A DNA stretch of 64,000 nt from Octopus sinensis (taxonomy: Eukaryota): the NCBI RefSeq assembly GCF_006345805.1, contig NC_042997.1, positions 203,236,001-203,300,000 of the forward strand. Reading direction: 5' to 3'. Positions 1 through 12,210 of the stretch are shown here, one piece after another. The translations under genes were made by a program, and so were the position numbers. Position 1 is the first letter of the stretch; each line of letters begins with the position of its first letter. The notes under the pieces are model-generated. The model was given only the letters and a program-made list of their open reading frames with translations. It made no database searches and had not been told where the DNA came from.

Positions 1-159
1 GAAGTGTATAACTGAACAACCTAACATGGAAGTTTTATGAAACTATGAGCCATATGTATAAATATAAGTCCAACAAGAACAAGGATTTCACATGGAAATA
101 GGAGGTAATATAGTTTTATGATGGAAACATGGTAAAAGAAGTATTCAAGAGATTTGGGT

Positions 160-470
160 AACACGCTCAAACTGACCATAGCGGTTAGGATATTCGGCCA
201 TGAGTTTGATACCTGGCAGTATGTTGTGTCTTTGAGCAAGACACCTTATTTCATATTGCTCCAGCTCACTCAGATGGCAAAAATGAGTTGTACCTGTATT
301 TCAGCCTCATCACAATCTGTGTCACGCTGAATCTCCCCGAGAACTTCATTAATAAGGGTGTGGGTGTCTATGGAGTGCTCGGACACTTGTGCATTAATTT
401 CATGAAACAGGTTGTCCCATTGATCAGATCAACTGGAACTCTCCTTGTCGTAACTGACAGAGAACCAGTA
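160..470 (+). mobile_element. tRNA-derived SINE family A (CORE-like central domain)
   Basis: Decayed box A/B head followed by TTGTGTCTTTGAGCAAGACACCTTATTTCATATTGCTCCAGCTCACTCAGATGGCAAAAATGAGT, homologous to copies at 28597, 49875 and 51474(-). Confidence 0.75.
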
Positions 471-510
471 GTAGATACAACAAGTCATATAGATGTTTTA
501 TTTACATTAA

Positions 511-713
511 CCCTTTTTCTTACCTTACTTCTGTTTCAGGAAATGTTGAAAATAATGCAGAATTAAGTAAATATAACTTTTTCATTATTAAGCTAATATA
601 TAGAGCTTAAAACAAAATTTTGATGGAAGGTTTTAATTTAGATCACTTTGAAACAGAAAGCTTATATAATAGAACCAAGGTTATTTTTCAGGTAGATTTG
701 GTATCAAAACAAT
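511..713. mobile_element. TTAA-flanked piggyBac-like MITE family P2 (decayed copy)
   Basis: TTAA|CCCTTT left end. Internal sequence (AAATAACTTT..ATTAAGCT..TTTGATGGAAGGTTTTAATTTAGATCACTTT) is shared with copies at 41298, 48700 and 62008. Confidence 0.7.
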
Positions 714-1209
714 GAAAGACTAACAAATATTCTTAAATTTATACTTTTCTTTATTTGAAAATGACCCCATTGTGGAAAGCTTACAAGAAAATCCAGACTC
801 CTTGTGATTGTTTAGTCTCAGGTCAGCCTGCTATTTCCACTAAGTGTCCATCTCAATAAGAACCTTAGTATACATGCATGTGTGAATGAATGAATGTATC
901 ACTAAAAACATAAATCCATAAATTATTTACATCTCAAGCATTAAATACAATACCCAGTCAAACAGGGTATGACATGGCATTGTAAAAGTGAAAAGAATGT
1001 CTTTTGAAAAAGAACATTGATCAAAGCTAATCATTCCAGTCTACTCAATATGTATTCAATAATAATATCAAAATCTGATGATGTTGTACTCAGATATACT
1101 CTACACTTTATTTAACAAAGGTCCCAGTTATAGTTATAAAATTGCACACACACATGCACGCAAGTACAAAAAGTACCGGGTGAACCAGGTATTTGCTAAC
1201 ACAACTTTA

Positions 1210-1367
1210 GGTGCAGGCATAGCTGTGTGGTCAAGAGAGTTGCTTCCCAACCACATGGCTTCGGGTTCAGTCCCATTGCATAACAGCTTGGGCAAATGTC
1301 TTCTATTATAGCCAAAACCTTGTGAGTATATCTGGTACATGGAAACTGAAAGAAGACCATCACGTGT

Positions 1368-1426
<59 letters not shown>

Positions 1427-1683
1427 CATGCATGTGTGTGTACATACAAGTGTATGTTTGTGTCTGCTTGTCTTGACATCAGGTGTTGGTTGTAAATGTG
1501 AGCAGCAATCACACAAGCAGTGTCATTCATTTCCAACAATCTGGGAAAACAAGTCTGGGCATAGGGAAATACTACTTTGCTTGGAAAAAGGTCAGAATTG
1601 GTGAGCAGGGCATTGGGCCACAGAAAATCCATCTCAAACTAACCCATACAAACATAGAAAAGTGGATGTTAAGATAAAGATGA
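1210..1683 (+). mobile_element. tRNA-derived SINE family B with (GT)n(GA)n linker and RTE-type tail
   Basis: Head GCAGGCATAGCTGTGTGG (box A-like) ... GGGTTCAGTCCC (box B-like), microsatellite linker, tail ending CATAGAAAAGTGGATGTTAAGAT. More than 15 related copies in the window. Confidence 0.85.
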
Positions 1684-1769
1684 ACTTCAGTGCAACCTAA
1701 GTAAAAGATAATGTTATGGAGATGTGCCCCAAATTGTAAGTTTCTCATTTCTGCTTCAGTTGTATTGCC

Positions 1770-2740
1770 AGTATCATTTCCTAATGCTGTTCATGGCTCT
1801 AACCGTGAAATACAGGTTAAGAGTTCACCAACTTCTTGAACATGGCCAAGTCCTTCATGTTCAGTCTTAGAAAAATGCTGGAGATTTCTGGTGGGTGCTG
1901 TATCATCTGTGGCCATGAAAAAGAAACATTCTCAACAGTCAGATATCGTCAGAGCAACTGAGCTCATTAAGCAAATTAGCAACAACCATGGAAAGTTGAA
2001 GAGCAACTTAAAGTGGCAGAGCCTCATTATCCGGTATGTTGGAGCATAAGGACAGCATCTATAAGTCTTATGTTATGAAGAGAAGGTAATTCATGTGTTG
2101 CAAAATGTTAGAGAAATGCACATTACAATCAAAGAGCTTTCTGGACAAGATGAAGTCCCCTGAGAAAATATCAAGTTTTGGTTCTTCTATAACCAGATGA
2201 ACTATGTATGACCAGGATAGAAGATAAAAAAAGAGGAATGACGGGGGAATCTGGATGGCACCCAAAGATGTGGCCACAATAATGTACACCAAGTACCTGT
2301 CATCTCTGATAGTCCTAGGGGCTAGTGAGCAACAAGGGCCATAACATGCCTCACTTCTTCTCACAGGGCCTTAGAATCAATGCCACCTCCTACATCTTGC
2401 TGCTGGACATGATGGTCAAGCATTAGCCTGAAAGGTGACTAAAGGTGGATGTACATGTTACAACAGGACTGCTTCCTTCGATATGACCCTCAGGATCTAA
2501 GTAAGACTGCCTCATAATCATATGACTCTTAACATGTGGATTCTAAGGCCACCCAATCCGAACACCATTTCATCTGAGGTGTCATTGAGAAGCAGATCGC
2601 GCAGCAACATCGTGATCCTAAGGACTCATTGAAGGCTGTCAACATGGACAATATGACAGGCAAGATGAACAACACCTGTTCTTCACATAGTTTTATAGCC
2701 ACACCAAAGTCATCACTGAGGCAGAGGACAGTTTTATTGA
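1770..2740 (+). pseudogene. Decayed Tc1/mariner transposase, maT/DD37D-like
   Basis: Hand translation across frameshifts and stops gives FTNFLNMAKSFMFSLRKMLE, YKSYVMKRR, WFF, VSNKGHNMPHFFSQGLRINATSYI, LQQD, GVIEKQ..KDSLKA and ITEAEDSFIE. These are in the order expected for maT-type transposases. Confidence 0.8.
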
Positions 2741-3900
2741 ATCCTTTTTTTTTTTTTTCAATTATATCTGCTTGAACATTTGTATTATTTTGCAGAAATT
2801 CTTTTTTCTCCCTCTTATTACATATCTCTGTTTTTATGTTTTGTTCCTAACATACCCAGCATACGTCTGAAGAAATATTTGTACAGATGTTTGAGGAAAT
2901 ACAAAACATCAAACAGCCACCACCTAACATGTATTTATGTTATTTGATCAGGTTACTATAAAAGCAGATATATTATACTGAAAACGTGTGGTGTTTTAGT
3001 TATTTTAATATACTGACTGTTGACAGGAGAAATAAAAAATTTAAAAAAGGAGAAAGAATCTCAATGCTAATATACAAATTATGTACCCTCATGGGAGTGA
3101 AGAAACTTTTTTTTATGGCTCCTTCTCCTAAGAATCATAGCGACAAGAATTAAATCAGTCCAAATGTCAATAAATTTGGAAGCAGTTTTGTGCATAGAGA
3201 GGCATATATCCCACCCATCCCACAAAAAGCTATCAAGTTCCGTTCCACAGCAATGTCTTAAGCATATCTAAAACATATTGATTTACGTCAATATATTAAA
3301 TATTTCAGTTGTTTTATAAATGACCACCAGGAAGGAATCTATGAAAGCTTCTAATTTGCTTGCTAGCATTTTGACTGGAGTTAGAGATAGCAATGAGGAG
3401 GTAAACAGTGAGTCTGTATGCCAGATTAATTATTCATAGAATTTACAAACATATTTCAAACTTGGAAATATTCCAGCAAACTTATAAAGAGATACAATGC
3501 AATGGCAGCATTCATCAGTACTACTATTGTTTTCATCCTTCAAGGAAGTATTTGTCAGTAAAGAACAGAAAATAGACTTTCTGCCAAGAAAATACATTTT
3601 GATTACCCTTTCCATGACAGTTGAGGTGCTTTGCTAAACATTCTTCAATGATATAACAGAGAAAGTGAGGGGAAAAAATAGACATCATTACAGTGGTTAT
3701 TGAACAAAGATTTAACAAGAAGCATTGATCTTTAGATTTTACTGTATTTCTGATCATCTTCCAGTACACAAGACAGGTACTGCAGGAAGAGAGGGTAGGA
3801 TTCAACTGCTATGCTTGGATACATATAAAAGTAAAGTGAGCAAAGCATACTGTAGTGAAATTTAAAAAAAAAAAAACAGCAAATAGAAAAAACAGTATAG

Positions 3901-4270
3901 GCACAAGAGTGGCTGTGGTAAGTAGCTTGCTTACCAAACACATGGTTCCGGGTTCAGTCCCACTGCATGGCACCTCGGGCCAACCAAAGCCTTGTGAGTA
4001 GATTTGGTAGACAGAAACTGAAAGAAGCTCGTCGTGTGTGTGTGTCTGTCCCCCTAGCATTGCTTGACAACCGATGCTGGTGTGTTTATGTCCCTGTCAC
4101 TTAGCAGTTCGGCAAAAGAGACTGATAGAATAAGTACTGGGCCATGTGGAAATATTACTTTGCTTTGAAACAAATGAAGATTTATGACTGGACATCTGAC
4201 CACAGAAAATCTGCCTCAATAGACTGCACTCAATTCATGCAAGCATAGAAAAGTGGACATTAGAATGATA
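3901..4270 (+). mobile_element. Composite SINE family B copy carrying parts of both tail types
   Basis: tRNA-like head, (GT)n linker, tail type 1 body (GCTTGACAACCGATGCTGG..GAATAAGTACTGG), then a switch at about 4140 to the RTE-type tail (GGAAATATTACTTTGC..CATGCAAGCATAGAAAAGTGGACATT). Confidence 0.8.
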
Positions 4271-4430
4271 TTACAAGTAAAAATAAGCTGAGGCTGGCAA
4301 CAAACCAATATCCCAGCCCCCTTAAACTGGTCTGAAATTTTCTTGGGGAATCAATAAATTATTATTTCTGCTTTTAATAACTGAATACATTTTTGATCAG
4401 TTTAATAGGTGAAGATGTAAATAAACACTA

Positions 4431-4630
4431 CAGTAATCCCTGGCCATATATGCAGTTCACCTATTGTAGTTTATTATTTAAGCTTACGTTGAGTCCTCTG
4501 TGGTGTTGTTTTGCATTTATAATAAAATAAATATATACAAATTATAAAAATAATTTTAAAAATATACAGTTCTGCAGATTTTCACCTATCATGGGGTGGG
4601 GGCACACCCACTATAATTGAGGGATTACTG
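4431..4630. mobile_element. Tigger/pogo-like MITE
   Basis: TA|CAGTAATCCCT ... AGGGATTACTG|TA: 11-bp perfect TIR with TA target duplications. Confidence 0.8.
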
Positions 4631-4749
4631 TATATATAAATCCTTCTGTTTCAAAAACTAATTCACTGTTATTTAAAGAAAAAAAAACTTCAAATGTTTA
4701 ACAAAAAAGGAAAAAAAATTGACTCAGATCTTTAGATGAGCCTCACTGT

Positions 4750-5060
4750 CAACAACATCACCATCACCGTTATCATCACATTACATCCATTGGCCAAATC
4801 TTGCAAAAGTTGCATCTTCAAAATCACATTCTGTCACTTGTTGTAGTCCTCTGTCATCTCAATCATGAACATTTTGCCTATCAAGACCAGCTTTCACCAC
4901 TTTTTATGTTTTCCTCTTCTATCATCTCTTACACTTGGATCACACAACTGTTCTTTATATAATTGTTGTGCTCTAGATACATTACATGCTCATATCAATA
5001 CAATCTTCTTTTATATTCTCAACAGCTAATTCATCTTAGACCCATTTGTGTTCTTTGTTC
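4750..5060 (-). mobile_element. Old RTE LINE 3' ORF end and (GAT)n-like tail
   Basis: Minus strand reads RRLY*YEHVM (cf. RRLRWYGHVMR) and EMTEDYNK*QNVILKM, followed by a decayed GAT repeat. Confidence 0.55.
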
Positions 5061-5139
5061 ATACATACTAGCATTACGCATAAGTATTTGTATATCTATA
5101 TATTTATGTAATGGGTAGATCATTGATGGTATTGCATAT

Positions 5140-5350
5140 GCTGAAAGTCCAAAGGCACCTATTGCCATGAATCAAGTCCACAAAGATATCATGTTTCAGA
5201 CACACAATGCACAAGTCACTGCTCAAAACCATCCAGACACTAAGCATTGAGCAGAAGCGAACAAAAGGCTATCACAAATGTTTGTGAACTGATGACATCA
5301 AAGAATGGACTTGGAATGAGTCTGGCTGAAGCACAACAGAGAGAAACTGA
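5140..5350 (+). mobile_element. RTE (BovB-like) ORF C-terminal remnant
   Basis: FRHTMHKSLLKTI..TDDIKEWT-GMSLAEA resembles the RTE C-terminal motif FGH..R...L.KTI..W.D.IKEWTG. Confidence 0.5.
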
Positions 5351-5611
5351 AAAGTCGGAGCAAGCCGACCCCTGGAGACAGGAGTAAGAGAATCTGGCTG
5401 GGTGGGGGGGAGCATATTTGTATGGTGATGGGAAAGTAAGTTTGCAAAGAAAATTAGCCTCAATTTGGAATGTTCCATTGACAATTCCCCACAGCTGGAG
5501 ATCAATTGTTTTTATTTGAAAGGTTATGAAGAAGAATTAGGGCCAATAAAAGTGGCAAAGAAAGGAGATTCAAAGTTTTGGAATCACTAGGCTTTCATAA
5601 ATTGTTTAGGT

Positions 5612-5794
5612 CAGTGGTTCTCAACTGCAGCTCCCAGGGTCACATGCAGCCTTCAAGCAGCCCCCAATGATCTTCCCTCTATAAACAACAATTTTTCTTT
5701 AATTGACATGTGTTTTACTTTTTTCAGTGCAGATCCCTAAAAAACATTCAGGCTTTGGACCTAGTCCAGATATTAAAATGGTAAAGAACCAGTG
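5612..5794. mobile_element. hAT (Charlie-like) MITE
   Basis: CAGTGGTTCTCAAC ... GTAAAGAACCAGTG termini (11/14 complementary) and a perfect 8-bp TSD GTTTAGGT at 5604-5611 and 5795-5802. Confidence 0.9.
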
Positions 5795-6624
5795 GTTTAG
5801 GTATGTAAAATGTAACACAAGAATGTCGAAATAAAATGAAGAGAGAGCAAAGGTCAAACAATTCTAAAGATCAATGCTATCTTGTCAACTATTGTACAAC
5901 CAAAAAGGTACAATTCCAACCATTCCTGTACCTTTAATATTTCTGAAGCAAATATTTAAACTATGAAATGAAATTTACTTTCTATCTTATTTCATGATAT
6001 TGAGGTCTTAAGAAAGATTTTTGTTTTTATTTCCTTTGATAGAGTAACTTCAGTAACTTTACTTTTTTTGTGCCCAGCAATATCTTTGAAACTTTATCAA
6101 TGCCAGAGATCTCTGTCTCTTCTCATTACCACATATCAAGATGGCAGACATATTTCCTATTGATCCACATGCCAGAAGCTCTGTGGCTTTTTTTTTTTAA
6201 CTAATGAAGCTTCAAATTAAAAAAAAAATCTCATTAAATGCATTCACAAAATATTTACATAAAATCAGCTCAAATATGTATAAATACAATTATAAAAATG
6301 ACACCATTGATGGTCATATCTCAAGAAGAAATAACTTTCTTGGTTCTGACAACTCTGCTTCAGTTAAGTGCCTATGTTTATAAATTGCTTATTTAAGCTA
6401 GAGTTCAGCACAGTAGACATTATAATGAGATTCTGACCAACCAACCACAAATGGTTGAAATCTGATCTGTGACTAATAAGATGTTTATTTTTGTGGGTGA
6501 AGGGTTGTTTAGTGGTTAACTCAAATACCATTTTATACATCATTTTATGTCCCAGAACAGATTTACAAATTTGGACATGAGCAAATGAAGTCAGAATGGG
6601 AATTTGTTTAGCTATTCCTATCTA

Positions 6625-6790
6625 ATAGTGACACAAGGCCACAAATATATGGAGAGAATACAGCCAACAAAATTTGTTCTTGTTTTTTTTTTTTATTTCA
6701 TTGACCACAGAAGGATAAAAGGCAAAGTGGAGTTTGGCAAGATTTGAACTCAGAATATAAAGGACTAAATACATCAAAGGATTTAGTTCA
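6625..6790 (-). mobile_element. SINE family D, decayed
   Basis: Reverse complement of the GAGTTCAAAT..GCCTTTCATCCTT..GGTC..AAAT core seen intact at 15505. Confidence 0.6.
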
Positions 6791-7814
6791 TTTCAGATTT
6801 TGACAATCCATCAGCTAACATTGTCAATTAAAATATTTTCAATTTTTCAGCTGCAATATATCTGAACTTACAATACAAAAAACATCTGCCTTTTGAACAA
6901 TACAATATGAATAGAAAGTGTCAGGCCTTTTCTTTTAATTAATCAACTTTCAATTAACTTCTCTTTATTATGTAAAATCAAAAATTAAAAACAAATTATA
7001 TATATTACATGACAGAATAAAACATATGTACGAGATTCTGCAATGTAAAAGAAAAAAAATTAAACGATCTTCAAAGAAGCACCTAATATGAATCTCAGTT
7101 TGGCTGGCGGGGGAAACTGCAATATTACACAGGACCTTATTAAAGGTTAAAAGGGGGAAAGTAAACATATTAGATGCCTAAAGGTTCTTTAACATTTATT
7201 TAACAAATTTTGAACAGATTTTGATCTTATATAGCCATTATTTTTTTTCTTTTATGTGATAATCTTACAAAATGCAGTGAAGGATTCTTCATTCACTTTA
7301 CCGTTTACATTAATTGTAAATACTCTGGCTTTGTTGAAGAATTACTTTTTTTTCCCATTAGCCAAAATTCGTGACATTTTCTGCAATATCTTTAACTAAA
7401 TATAAGAACTGAATGTGAATTTTTCATGTATATAGTTTAACAAAGCATTAAAGTCGTATTGCAAAATGGTAAAATGAGATGTTTTAGTGCAATTATAAAG
7501 TTAATTAGAATCAGTACCCCACATGCACGTCCCATGCATGCATGTGTAGACACACACACACACTGGGTGCAGCATATATCTTTACAACAGAAATTGAAAT
7601 ATTCTTATCCACAAAAGTCGTTGCAAATATGAGACTTCCTAAAACACTTTTATTTTACTGTTTGGCCTTAATGGTGTCTCAGAGACATTGTGAACAAATT
7701 GTAGCACTGAAAATGGCTGGCAAAAGAATTGTGAGGTGATAGAACAGCTGAGAAAAGATTTAAGGCTCTGGTAGAAGGGTGGCCATTTTCTGTTGTATAT
7801 ATATGTACAATTTC

Positions 7815-8080
7815 TTTTATTTGTCTTTTATTTGTTTCAGTCATTTGACTGCAGCCATGCTTGGAGCACCACCTTTAGTTGAACAAGTTGACCCCAGGAC
7901 TTATTCTTTGTAAGCCTAGTATTTATTCTTGCTGTATATCTGTCTCAGTTTCCGTCTACCAAAATCCACTCACAAGGCTTTGGTTGACGGTAAAAGACAC
8001 TTACCCAAGGTGCCATGCAATTGAACTGAACCCAGAACCATGTGGTTGGAAGCAAGCTTCTTACCACACAGCCATGCCTA
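7815..8080 (-). mobile_element. SINE family B with stem-loop tail (type 1), internally deleted
   Basis: Head at 8030-8080 and tail CAGTCATTTGACTGCAGCCATGC with an AT-rich terminal repeat at 7815-7860. Confidence 0.8.
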
Positions 8081-9445
8081 TTGTCAATAAAAATAATCAA
8101 CCAGTAAGTTTTCATTAACCAAAACTTAAATATTTTTTACTTTCAGATAGAATGAATAATGGGCAAATATATATGCCACACCCAATATATGCACACATGC
8201 ATGCATTTGCAGATAATTTTTAAATATTGCTTAAGAAATGCAATTTCATAAATGAACAGTTCTTTGAGTGGCCTCCCTTGTTTGCAGTTGAAACTCCTGA
8301 GTGCAATGTTTTGAAAAAGACATTTGGAGTATTCCCATGTGAACCAGAAATGAAAAACATGAGCTCCAAACAGGGCATGGAGAACAACAGTATAAATTTT
8401 AAAAAATCTACATATCAATACAAACATACACTCATATAGGAATACAAGATTAAAACAAGTCTGATGCTTTCATCAGCTGGCTATAAAGACAAATCCACTG
8501 CTAAACAGTATTGTGTGAAATATTCAAAAATCTGAATCAGCTGGTATTGTTGGAAATGTCTCACTACATAACTTTCCTTCAAGTTCTTCTCATTTGACGG
8601 CTCAGGCACAAGAAATCCTGATTAGTAACAGAGCAGATCATCAGCTTTAAATGAACTAACGCGTGTATGTTAATGAAATCAAGAGAGTATCAAAGGGAAA
8701 GGTTGATTGAGATACTCATACAATAAAGAATGGGTTAGATAGAAGCTTTTAGTGGTAGTTCTAGCTGCATTGCAGAAGAATTCTGCTATTGAACAAATAA
8801 ACCAAACTGTCATCAAAGACCTTGAACAAGTGTTATTACATTTTTCTTTTTTGTTCAGGCTATTACTTTAGATTTATGGTGTTAATATTGTAAAAAAATA
8901 TTCAAATTGCTGCAATAAAATATCTCTAGTGTCAGTCATTATAGTAACATGTAAGCTATTTTTTTATATTTCTCTCTTATGTTTCAAGGGACAAGATTGT
9001 TTTGGTCATTAATTGCACAGAGGTGTTAATTACCAAACTTGACAAAATAGCTTAATGCCTCATTTGAGCAGGATAAAAATAATGATGATTGACTGCCAAT
9101 TAAATGATCATTACTAATATTAACCCTTAACAGCATTTCCTGATTGGCTTCTAATAAGTTGACTACCATTCAAACTGAGATATCAATTAGAAAAATTAAG
9201 AGGAAAAAACTCATTAAAGATGAATAGTATTAATACATCACAATTTACCTCCATTATCAATATTTTTTTGGAAATTAACCTTATATAATTTCTTGTGAAC
9301 TACATACAAAAGAAAATAAGGAGCACAAAGCATTTTGCTGCAGTTGTTGCTGTTGTTGTTGTTGACACTGGACGTGTAATGGCATTGGTAAATATTTTTC
9401 ATTTTAGTCATTTCATCAAAAATCAAGCCACAATAAAAAATGGAA

Positions 9446-9882
9446 ATTGTAGTTGTAACCGATGCTAGTGCAACCTGACTGGCTCTCGTGCTGGTGGCAC
9501 GCAATAAACACCATTCATGTATGGGTCGTTGCCAGTGCCACCTGACTGGCTCCCCGTGACAGTGGCACGTAAAAAGCACCATCTGAACGTGTTCAATGCC
9601 CCCCCCCCCTTCCTGGCTGGCTCCTGTGCTGGTAGCATGTAAAAAGCACCATCCTAACATGACCGATGCCAGTGCTGCCTGACTAGCTCCTGTGCCAGTG
9701 ACATGTAAAAAGCACCCACTACACTCTTGGAGTGGTTAGCGTTACGAAGGGCATCCAGCTGTAGAAACATTGCCAGATGAAGTTGGAGCCTGGTGCGGCC
9801 ATCTGGTTTGCCAGTCCCCAGTCAAACTGTCCAACCCATGCCAGCATGGAAAACAGACATTAAACAATGATGATGGTGATCG
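9446..9882 (+). mobile_element. RTE LINE 3' UTR with about 65-bp tandem subrepeats
   Basis: Four units like GCCAGTGCCACCTGACTGGCTCC..TGGCACGTAAAAAGCACC, then GAAGGGCATCCAGCTGTAGAAAC and CCCATGCCAGCATGGAAAA(ATG)n. The same tail is contiguous with an RTE ORF end at 55514. Confidence 0.8.
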
Positions 9883-9883
9883 T

Positions 9884-10281
9884 CATCATTTTAATGGACA
9901 CTTTTCCATGCTTGCATGGGTCACATGGAATTCATTGAGAGATTTTCTGTAAGCAGATGTCTTCCTGTCACCAACCCTTAACTGTTTCCAAGTAAGGTGA
10001 GATTTCTCCTTGGTTGGACAGTTTTCCATGGAAGTTTGGAAATGTATGACACCCCTAATATGACAGTGTTGATGTTGACACTCTTTGCTGATATCAGCTA
10101 TGGTGCAATGTCATCAAAGAAACACATACAAACACACACACAGACACATGATAGGTGTCTTTTAGTTTCCATCTACCAAATATACCAAGACACTTATCCA
10201 AGATGTCATGCAGTGGGACTGAACCCTAAATCATGCAGTAGGGAAGTGAGCTTCTTAATGACACAGCCATGCTTGTGCCTA
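9884..10281 (-). mobile_element. SINE family B with RTE-type tail
   Basis: Head at 10200-10281, (CA)n linker, tail TTTTCCATGCTTGCATGGG; lies tail-to-tail with the preceding RTE 3' end. Confidence 0.8.
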
Positions 10282-11812
10282 CTTGTCATTATTACCTTAT
10301 TTTGGTATCCCCTTGTTGTTTCTAATTCAAACAACATTCTCCAAATAAAACCTTATATATATATATATCAAAGAATTACAAAACAGCATAAGTTACACAC
10401 ACACACACTTTCATTAGCTTACAGGTGTCTCATAAGAAGTAGTGCACTCAATGCCAAGTGCTCTTGTGACAACTAGCCTCCACAAAGCAATTTAAATTAA
10501 GTTCGTCTAATGAAACCAGTGCAACTACATTTTCACAATCGTTATTTTAGATTTATAAAAAATAAAGGTTTTAAAATGCTTTCATAATCCTATTTCTTAT
10601 AAAACACACTGTCGATATGTGTGAATAAATTTCAAAAAAGGGATTTGAAAGGATTTAGTAAAAGAACAAAACTTTCTATTATTATCAAGTTGTTCCTTTA
10701 TTAAGTTAGTGTTCAGAGGTTCTTTACATAAACTTATACATGAGGAAGGTTCTGATTTAATTACCAGTTCTTTAGAATGAAGAGAACTGTGTTGGAACCA
10801 CAAGTAGTTTTCACCAAAGTTGATTTCAAAAGGGTAAAGCTGAAATCAGAGTGGAATCTATATATAACATTCAAGTAACAAGCTAATCAAAAAGGGAGGA
10901 AGAAAGCACATTATACGGCCTGTCATGAGACTAATGGATGCCACTGGATGGTGAAATGGCAATGAAGTTATGAAATCAAACCTATACTAGACTTTTTTGT
11001 TACAACATTATAGAAAATTCATTTATTTTGCCTTCAGAAAACTCACTCTTTCACATAACAAATGAGATATTAGATTTAAGAATGCCATCTAGTTGTAAAT
11101 GATTCATATCTTAAATGAAACTGGCAGAACCATCTAACCCAATACTTGAATATTTATAGCTATTATGGTTTACAGAAAATATTAAAAAAAGTGATATTAG
11201 TCTCAGGGATTAACATATGATTGTATGAGAGAGAGAGAGAGAGAGAGAGAAAGAGTATTCACAATGAAAAAGTATAAAGAAATATGTCCAGGGATAAAAA
11301 GAATGAGATATCTACAATGAGAGTAAAGAAGACAGCCGACTATAGTTGTCTCACCTAATACACAATTTACTAGATAAGATCTGCTCCCATCCTTATCATC
11401 TACATAGATAATAAAAATTTTGGTCACTTCTGATCATTCAATTGACCATTGAAGCTATCTCTGTTGCTGGTTGCTAGATTTTTAACAAACCCCAGAACGA
11501 GTTTTGGTCAACTAATTGCTTGGATAATGTCAGCTAGAAGCTTGCTTTTTTTTTTAATTCTTTTTTATATTTTGTCAACTCATATTTTACACATGGTAAA
11601 TGTTCTGTATGCTAAAACAAATATGGTAGGATCTCACTTAAGATATTTTGCACCAACTATATTGTTGCAATCAATGTCACTACAGTTCCTGACACACACA
11701 CACACACACAATAAAATTGGAAAAGCATAAATTTCACCAAGTTCATACTTTGAGCTCAACAGCCATTTCATTAGAATCAACATCATTTGATGCATAATTA
11801 CATAATTTAAAT

Positions 11813-11854
<42 letters not shown>

Positions 11855-11929
11855 ACTCTTAGCCTTGCCATCTTACAAACTGAATAGAATATGCTTCACT
11901 AAGGAGGCCTATTAACACTGAAACAACTG

Positions 11930-12210
11930 TTGCTTTTACCAGCTGGCTTTAGAGACCAGATCCACTTCAATCACCATTATTGTTCATACACTTCAATCAA
12001 CTGGTCTTATTGGAATTCTATCATTTTAAACAACCATAAAAGGATATACTCCTCTTATGGTGGTTTGGATAATCTCAGCTGGATCAAAGTTTATCAAACT
12101 ATATTGTACATGTAATAATCCCAGAGCATATTATTTATGTAATGGTGTTGTCAGTTCCTTTGATCAAAGTCATTCAAACCATTCAGATACAATAAAACCA
12201 GGATCATCAT
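11930..12210 (+). pseudogene. Possible highly decayed Tc1/mariner transposase catalytic fragment
   Basis: FRDQIHF..INWSYW then, after a frameshift, LMVVWIISAG and NQD. These resemble the FSDE.HF..N.RYW..KVMVW..IS..G..QQD motif order. Confidence 0.4.

Noticed and set aside
1210-1300. tRNA genes suggested by box A/box B motifs (many sites)
   Set aside because: All are SINE heads that run into SINE bodies; none forms a complete cloverleaf with a terminator.
3330-3790. Moderately GC-richer unique block with short ORFs
   Set aside because: No motif was recognised in any frame and there were no convincing splice signals.
7660-7770. IVALKMAGK resembling a Tc1-type N-terminus
   Set aside because: Only about 20 codons, with no TIR or downstream catalytic motifs found.
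9238-9660. 140-aa ORF on the minus strand (and similar ORFs at 47119, 55655, 9997, 33317)
   Set aside because: These lie in RTE 3' UTR tandem units, SINEs or palindromes. They are chance frames through repeats with no recognisable domain.
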